From the NCBI RefSeq assembly GCF_006345805.1, contig NC_043011.1, positions 42,420,464 to 42,484,463 of the forward strand: 64,000 nucleotides of DNA, written 5' to 3'. This stretch comes from Octopus sinensis (taxonomy: Eukaryota). Position numbers and translations under genes: made by a program. Position 1 is the stretch's first letter. Every line of letters begins with the position of its first letter. A model generated the notes under the pieces. The model ran no database searches. It was not told the origin of the DNA and saw only the letters and a list, made by a program, of their open reading frames with translations. Positions 57,726 to 64,000 of this stretch are shown in pieces.

Positions 57726-58570
57726 AACAAAGAAAACGCAGACGTAATATTCTGTCTGTTTTATGTAGTTTATTTTATCTCAGCAATATTTAAGAGTGGA
57801 ATTGGGAATTTGAGGGAGAGGAAAAGGGGTCTAATGTATTTTATGTAGGCAAGTTTTTCTGATAAATACATGAACTGAAAGATGAAGGAGACACCAATAT
57901 GATAAACAAACACAATAGCACTGCCACCATCACCAGCTTTGTCGATGTCAGGTTGATATTTGTTTGTCCAAGCTGGTCTTAGTTTTAGACAACAACGAAA
58001 ATGGTAACTTAGGATTTGGCCATTATTGGACCTAGCCATATTTAACAGCACTAGCTGGAACAGTTGTGTTTTTGGACATCACAGCCAGCTTGAGTTGGGA
58101 GTTGTTGCTGTTGGCTGATAAATATTCAGATCTTAGTTGTTTGTCTGGTATTTCTTGGAAGAATTATTCAGGGAGGATAATGTTGAATAAAGAAGGACCA
58201 TGATGTGAGCTCAATTAGTGAATGCGTGTGTGTATGTATGTGTGAGTGGGGAGCTTTGACTTGGGGATGGGGGCTAAATTTGAGGGATTTGTAAACTTAA
58301 TACCAGCAGAATTTAGTCAATGTTAAGGGAGTATTTTCTGCATGTAGGAGCAGGAGTGGCTCTGTAGTAAGAAGTTTGCTTTTCAACCACATGGTTCTGG
58401 GTTCAGTCACACAATGTGGCATGTTCAGCAAGTGTCTTCCACTATGGCCTTGAGCCAACCAAAGCCTTGTGAATGGATTTAGTAGATGGAAACTGAAAGA
58501 AGTCCGCCATGTATATATATATATACTGTTGTCAGATTATTATTATTATTATTATTATCATCATCATCAT

Positions 58571-59545
58571 TAGCCTGGGCAAAGTTCAGAGAGCTCTTAC
58601 CTCTGCTGGTGACAAAGGGCCTCTCGCTCAGAGTAAAAGGTAGACTGTATGACGCATGCGTATGAACAGCCATGCTACATGGCAGTGAAACATGGACTGT
58701 GACTGCTGAGGATATGCATATGCTTGCGAGGAATGAAGCTAGTATGATCTGATGGATGTGTTATGTCAGTGTGCATACTTGACAGAGTGTAAGTACCTTG
58801 AGAGAAAAGTTGGAAGCATCAGATGTGGTGTGCAAGAGAGATGACTGTGCTGGTATAGTCATGTGGTAAGAATAGATGAGGATAGCTGTGTGAAAAAGTG
58901 CCACACCCTTGCGGTTGAGGGAACCTGTAGAAGAGGTAGACCCAGGAAGACCTGGGATGAGGTGGTGAAGCACAACCTTTGAACATTAGGCCTCACTGAG
59001 GCAATGACTAGTGACTGAGACCTTTGGAAATATGCTGTGAGAAGACCTGGCAAACCAAGTGAGACCATAACCCATGGCCTATGCCAGGTGTGTAACCAGC
59101 CCACTTATGTGTACCTTTCCTTCATTGGACACTAAACTCTGCTTGCGAAGACCTGTTGAGGCAAGTGAAATTGAAATCAAATCAAATTCGATGACTGGCT
59201 TTCGTGCCAGTTGAGTGCTAAGAGCACCATCTAAGTGTGATTGCAGGCAGAGCAGCAAACTGGCTTCCGTGTTGGTGGCACGTAAAAAGCACCATTCGAA
59301 TGTGATCATTACCAGTGTCGCTTTACTGGCACTTAGGTCGGTGGCACGTGAAAAACATTCGAGTGAGGTTGTTGCCATTGTCGCTGGACTGGCTCCTGTG
59401 CAGGTGGCAAGTAAAAACCACCACTTAAGTGTGGCCGTTGCCAGTACTGCCTGATTGGCCCTCATGCCAGTGGCACGTAAAAGCACCCACTATACTCTTG
59501 GAATGGTTGGCGTTAGGAAGGGCATGCAGATAAGATTGGAGCCTG
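58571..59545 (+). mobile_element. 5'-truncated, inactivated RTE-clade LINE (C-terminal ORF plus 3' UTR)
   Basis: Translates as AWAKFRELLPLL...KGRLYDACV*TAMLHGSETW...WYSHVVRIDEDSCVKKC...GTCRRGRPRKTWDEVV, with TGA stops and one frameshift. It continues into the family-B repeat sequence. Confidence 0.88.
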
Positions 59546-60258
59546 ATGCCAAAATATTCTACCTGCTTTATGTTCAAACTGGCCAGGTCTTGCTTCTCAC
59601 ACATGTCCTACAATGTCATTCTAAAATTAAACACTCACATCATCAAAATCCTGAAGCTATGAGAGAATCCCGGATTAACTCAAAACACTGAATAAACAAG
59701 CATTACATTTGACAGAATAATCTGAATGGTGAAGGGTTAAAACACACAGCATTCATTTTTAGTTTTAAAAGATGCAAAATCCACCAACATTATTATTAAT
59801 TTCATTTTGGAATAATTGAGTATTTCCTCAGTAAACCCAAGTCCTTGATTGATAACAGGTTCAATACCCAGCTGGAACCATGTCATATGTATCTAAATTT
59901 CTTGAGCAAAGGCATAAATGTTACATCACATCACACCCTCCCGTTACATAGCAGAGGTTTCATAACTGTAAACAAAAAAAAAAAAAAAAGAAAATCAATA
60001 TTGTTATTCAATGGAAATCCAGCTGAAAACAAGTTTTGTCTTTTTGTATCATTTTTCTTCGTTTCTCTCCAGATTTCTTGCCATTTCTTATGAGAAAATC
60101 ATTAAAATCAAAAATAAAAATAAAACTTTTCAGAATTTCAGATTCAGTTTTTCACTTTCCAACTATAAGACTGCCCTACCCTCCACCCCAACCAAAAAGC
60201 AGGAAATCAAATGAAGCATATAGGGAAAAAAAAAAAAAAAAAACCTAATCCAGGGCAT

Positions 60259-60515
60259 GTGTACTGGTGGGAGGTGAACCATTCATGTGGTGTATGGGAG
60301 ATGAAGTAAATTCAACCACCCATGTGGAGTACACGGAGTTAAACTAATTTAACCCTTTCCCCATGTCGTGTGTATGAGGTTGAATTAATCCACCCACCCC
60401 ATCGTTAAATTACTTTAACCACCCATATGGGTTATTTGAGGGTAAACTAATTCTCCCACCTCAACCACCACCACCACCATGTAGGGGTGTGTGAAGTTCA
60501 ACAAATTTAATCATC
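60259..60515. repeat. Diverged ~38-bp tandem repeat (gaggttaaactaattcaaccacccat-like)
   Basis: About six imperfect units seen by eye. Confidence 0.6.
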
Positions 60516-60743
60516 GATGAAGGTTGTGTTTCTTGTTATTGTTTTTGTTAGTTTTGCAGTTTTTGTTGCGAAAAGTCAAAACAAAATTAAATCACTTATG
60601 TGAAGAGAAGTTAATGAAACAGGTGGGTTTATTCAATTTAAATGTGTGTGTGTGTATACATACAAATACATGCACATGTATATACACACATATATACATA
60701 CATACATTGATATACATGCATACACTCACACATATACACACAC

Positions 60744-60780
<37 letters not shown>

Positions 60781-61297
60781 TACACACACGTGTGCATGCA
60801 TATGTGTATTGCACAATCAATCAATAACATTAGATTATCGATTCTAATCTTTACATGAAGATGGAAGAAACTCGCAAAACATCAGTCTAAACAGTGAATG
60901 AGACAATCAGCTTCTTATAGCATCACATGACCAACTCCTCAATACAATCGGCCCCTAAATCTTCCTTGGAATCAAATGCTTTAACATTTTACACATACAA
61001 TATTCTGACTCCACGTTCCAAGTTCTCAATGCTTCGTTTCCTCTTTCTGTCTGTATTCCAGAACATAAAACCATCATTTTAACTCTTTTGTTACCATATT
61101 TTGTTCTTCTGATGAATTCTACTGCTTTTGTTTCAATTAATTTTGAAAATGTTGAAGAATTTAGTAAAATAATTTTGCTGTTATCAATCTGACATTTGGA
61201 ACATACAATCAGTATAAAAAGATTTAATGTAGATATTTTAAACAGCAAGTTTGTACCATAGACCAAGAACAGTCTCAGATGGATTGGTGTCAAATGG

Positions 61298-61617
61298 CTT
61301 AGTTTAGTTTTTTTAGTTTGTTCCTTCTCGAGCCATGCCTGGCTCATAAGGGCCAGTTTCCTGGTTTCTTGGCATATAGGTTCCCCACCTGGACGGGACG
61401 CTGGTCCATCGCAGGGGAGCTGCAAGATGCAGGAGGAAAGAGTGAGAGAAAGTTGTGGCGAAAGAGTCAGCAGAAGTTTCGCTATTACCTTCTGCCGGAG
61501 CCGCGTGGAGCTTAGGTGTTTCGCTCATAAACACACACATCGCCCGGTCTGAGATTCGAACCCGCGATCCCTCGACCGCGAGTCCGCTGCTCTAACCACT
61601 AGGCCATGTGCCTCCAC
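61298..61617 (-). mobile_element. Young tRNA(Arg-like)-headed SINE with target-site duplication
   Basis: Minus strand: ggcacatggcctagtggttagagcagcggactcgcgg...ggttcgaatctc (intact A and B boxes, TCG anticodon-like loop), 3' cctgcgatggaccagcgtcccgtccagg. TSD gtcaaatgg at 61289-61297 and 61618-61626; CpGs retained. Confidence 0.88.
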
Positions 61618-62206
61618 GTCAAATGGTTTACATTTGCTCTAATCCTGGAATAGTTTTTATTTTTGTATGTCATGTAATAAAAGTTAAACCAGAGCTGCTT
61701 GGTTTGAGGGTGAAACAATCCAAGGAACATACAAAATAAGCACAAAGTTTGTACTGAAATCAAATGACCAACAAAAATACAAGATCACAGCTCATTTGAT
61801 TAATTAAAAAAAATTTTTTTACTGACTCTGGATGAAGGGAAAGTGCCACTGGACTTTCCAATTACGAGTGTTTCTCAGTGACATGAATTTTTAGAGAATA
61901 AGAATTTGTGATATTCATGACTTTTGAAGTCATGAATATATTAATATTAGGCAAGCATATAGGTTAGATGTCCAGTTTCTTCCCTCCCTCCTGGTATTCT
62001 TGAAGGACCAGAGACATAGGCACTGCCTTCCCACCTGACTAAAAGATTAAAAAAAAAAATATCAAACATAGGCACAGGCATGGCTGTATGTTAAGAAGTT
62101 AGCTTTCCAACCACATGGTTCCTGGTTCAGTCCCACTATGTGTCACCTTGGGCAAGTACCTTTTACTAGAGCTGCAGGCTGGCTAAAGCCTTGAGGGTAC
62201 TTAATA

Positions 62207-62443
62207 AAACTAGGCGGCAAGCTGGCAGAAACGTTAGCACGCCGGGCGAAATGCTTAGCAGTATTTTGTCTGCCGCTACGTTCTGAGTTCAAATTCCGCT
62301 GAGGTTGACTTTGTCTTTCATCCTTTCGGGGTCGACAAATTAAGTACCAGTTACGCACTGGGGTCGATATAATCGACTTAATCCGTTTGTCTGTCCTTGT
62401 TTGTCCTCTCTGTGTTTAGTCCCTTGTGGGTAGTAAAGAAATA
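62207..62443 (+). mobile_element. Full-length family-A SINE nested inside a family-C SINE
   Basis: TSD ggtacttaata at 62196-62206 and 62444-62454; the family-C sequence is continuous once this element is removed. Confidence 0.9.
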
Positions 62444-63209
62444 GGTACTTAATAGATGGAAACTGAAAGTAGCCCATGATATGTATATATTTATATATAT
62501 AAATGTGTGCATGTGTCCACCATTTGACAACTGGTGTAGGCAGGTTTACATCCTAGTAACTTACCAGTTCAACAAAAAAAGGCCAATAGAATAAATACCA
62601 TGCTTAAAAAAAGAAAAAAGAAAACAAAAGTCCTGGGAGTGATCCATTCCACTAAAAGTTCTTCAAGGCAGTGCCCCAGCATGGCCACAGTCAAACGACC
62701 AGAATAGATAAAAGATAAAAAGATGACATAAAATGTGTGATTGGTGTTAGTCCTCTTCAAACACTGCTGGAATTTAAGGAAGCATGTAATATCAAGTTTC
62801 CACAGTGGTGACGAAAATGGGAAATTGTGAAGTTTATGTTATTTCCCAGAAAGTAATATAATATGATGAAATAAAACTATTTCGAGCAAGATTTTTGATC
62901 TAACGATTCAAATGAAAAATAGGAAGAAAATTAATTAGAAATTCATTTGATAAGAACAAATGCACATACACACACATATACAAGATATATATATATATAT
63001 ATATATATAAAGTGAACTAAAGCTGAAATAAAGCATCATCTATTATTTATTTTATTTCTCTAATTATAGGGAGGAGAAAAAAAATAAACAGAAAATTTGA
63101 ATTGGGAAATATAAGAGAAACGGGAGGAGTATTGGTTTCTTAGTATTCTTCTTTTTTGCATTCTATACATGTCTGTATGTATGTGGTTATATACATCCAT
63201 GTGTGTGCA

Positions 63210-63495
63210 TGTGTGTCTGTTTATCTACCTATCTATCTGCCTGCCTCTCTGTCTATCTATATCTCAATCTAGCCATTTATCTATCTATCTGCCTGTCTAT
63301 CTAACTATCAATCTGTCTATCAATCTGTCTGTCTGTCTATCTGCTTGTCTGTCTATCTATCTAGCTATCTGCCTGCCTCTCTGTCTGTCTGTCTATCTAT
63401 CTATCTAGTTATCTGCTTGTCTCTCTGTCTATCTCTCTATCTATCTGCCTGTCTATCTATCTATATCTCTCTATCTGCCTGTCTCTCTGTCTATG
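63210..63495. repeat. (TCTA)/(TCTG) compound microsatellite
   Basis: Direct inspection. Confidence 0.9.
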
Positions 63496-63970
63496 TGGAG
63501 GGGAGGTACGACGACGAACTTGGGGCGAACCTGGGTGTCGACAAGGAATACCTGACCCACCTGTTCAAGACGACTTTTGGGCTGGGACCTATGGAAAACT
63601 TCCAGAGATCCCAGGCCTGGCAGTGCTATCTGTTCAGGATAAGCTCTACAGACAGCTCGAGAAGCACAGGGCTGACCTGCCCGAGATGTGGTCAGAGCGA
63701 CGAAACCGTTCTGCACGCACTCATGCAGTGTCCAACCATTTCCGACCTGTGGGCTTATGTCGAACGATTGCTGTCATGTGTGGGACAAGTTGGTTTATCA
63801 GCCGAGTATATCATCAATATTGTCACGCCTCCTTCCTTCAAACGGGAAGGAAGAGCTATTTTCATCATACTTGTGGCTATGGCGAAAGAATGTATCTGGA
63901 CGCATCTGAAAGGATTAAAGACAAACACTTTCCTATCTGGTCAATCTCTCATCAACTTCTTCAAGTAGTT
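63495..63970 (+). mobile_element. L1/Tx1-type LINE ORF2 C-terminal fragment (zf-RVT-like)
   Basis: AWQCY...LSVQDKLY (frameshift) ...TCPRCGQSDETVLHALMQCP...AKECIW: the C-x2-C...ET-x-x-H...C zinc finger of L1-clade ORF2. Confidence 0.8.
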
Positions 63971-64000
63971 GAACCCAGAAAACTTTAAAACAGAGTTACT

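Noticed and set aside
56589-58210. Coding-looking ORFs 56589..56813(+), 57770..58051(-) and nearby frames
   Set aside because: There is no recognisable domain, no consistent splice-site pair and no phase link to the gene model. They cannot be excluded without RNA-seq.
61545-61617. tRNA-Arg gene
   Set aside because: The tRNA-like part runs into a SINE body and tail, the whole is flanked by a TSD, the acceptor and anticodon stems are imperfect, and there is no T-run terminator.
63345-63968. 207-aa ORF as a host zinc-finger gene
   Set aside because: The N-terminus is microsatellite; the remainder is a frameshifted LINE ORF2 C-terminus.

Overview
Eukaryotic, AT-rich, microsatellite- and SINE-saturated genomic DNA. 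The repeat landscape looks like an octopus (coleoid cephalopod); this is an inference from recalled repeat families, not a database hit. The main feature is one multi-exon gene on the minus strand encoding a RalGDS/RGL-family Ral guanine-nucleotide exchange factor (REM plus CDC25 domain). I assembled by hand 13 GT-AG exons with consistent phases (1623 nt, 541 codons) between 48327 and 1844. The first exon (MKIHFAKK, 18 kb upstream of exon 2, beside a CpG-enriched patch) is a candidate only. The C-terminal Ras-association domain and stop codon were not found in the window. The rest is intronic or intergenic and contains at least three tRNA-headed SINE families, RTE-LINE 3' fragments, an L1/Tx1-like fragment, two short Helitron-like elements, and many micro- and minisatellites. 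Three near-identical tandem duplications are each bounded by (CA)n tracts. Nearly all ORFs in the supplied track are microsatellite artefacts. I found no confidently new biological system. The best leads are: a Penelope-type minimal hammerhead-ribozyme-like motif in two intronic copies (one inside a 57-bp inverted repeat), a ~125-bp-arm intronic foldback between catalytic-domain exons, a motif-plus-spacer array at 55.2-55.9 kb, repeated ~65-nt stem-loop modules in the RTE 3' UTR, and a possible RA-less isoform.
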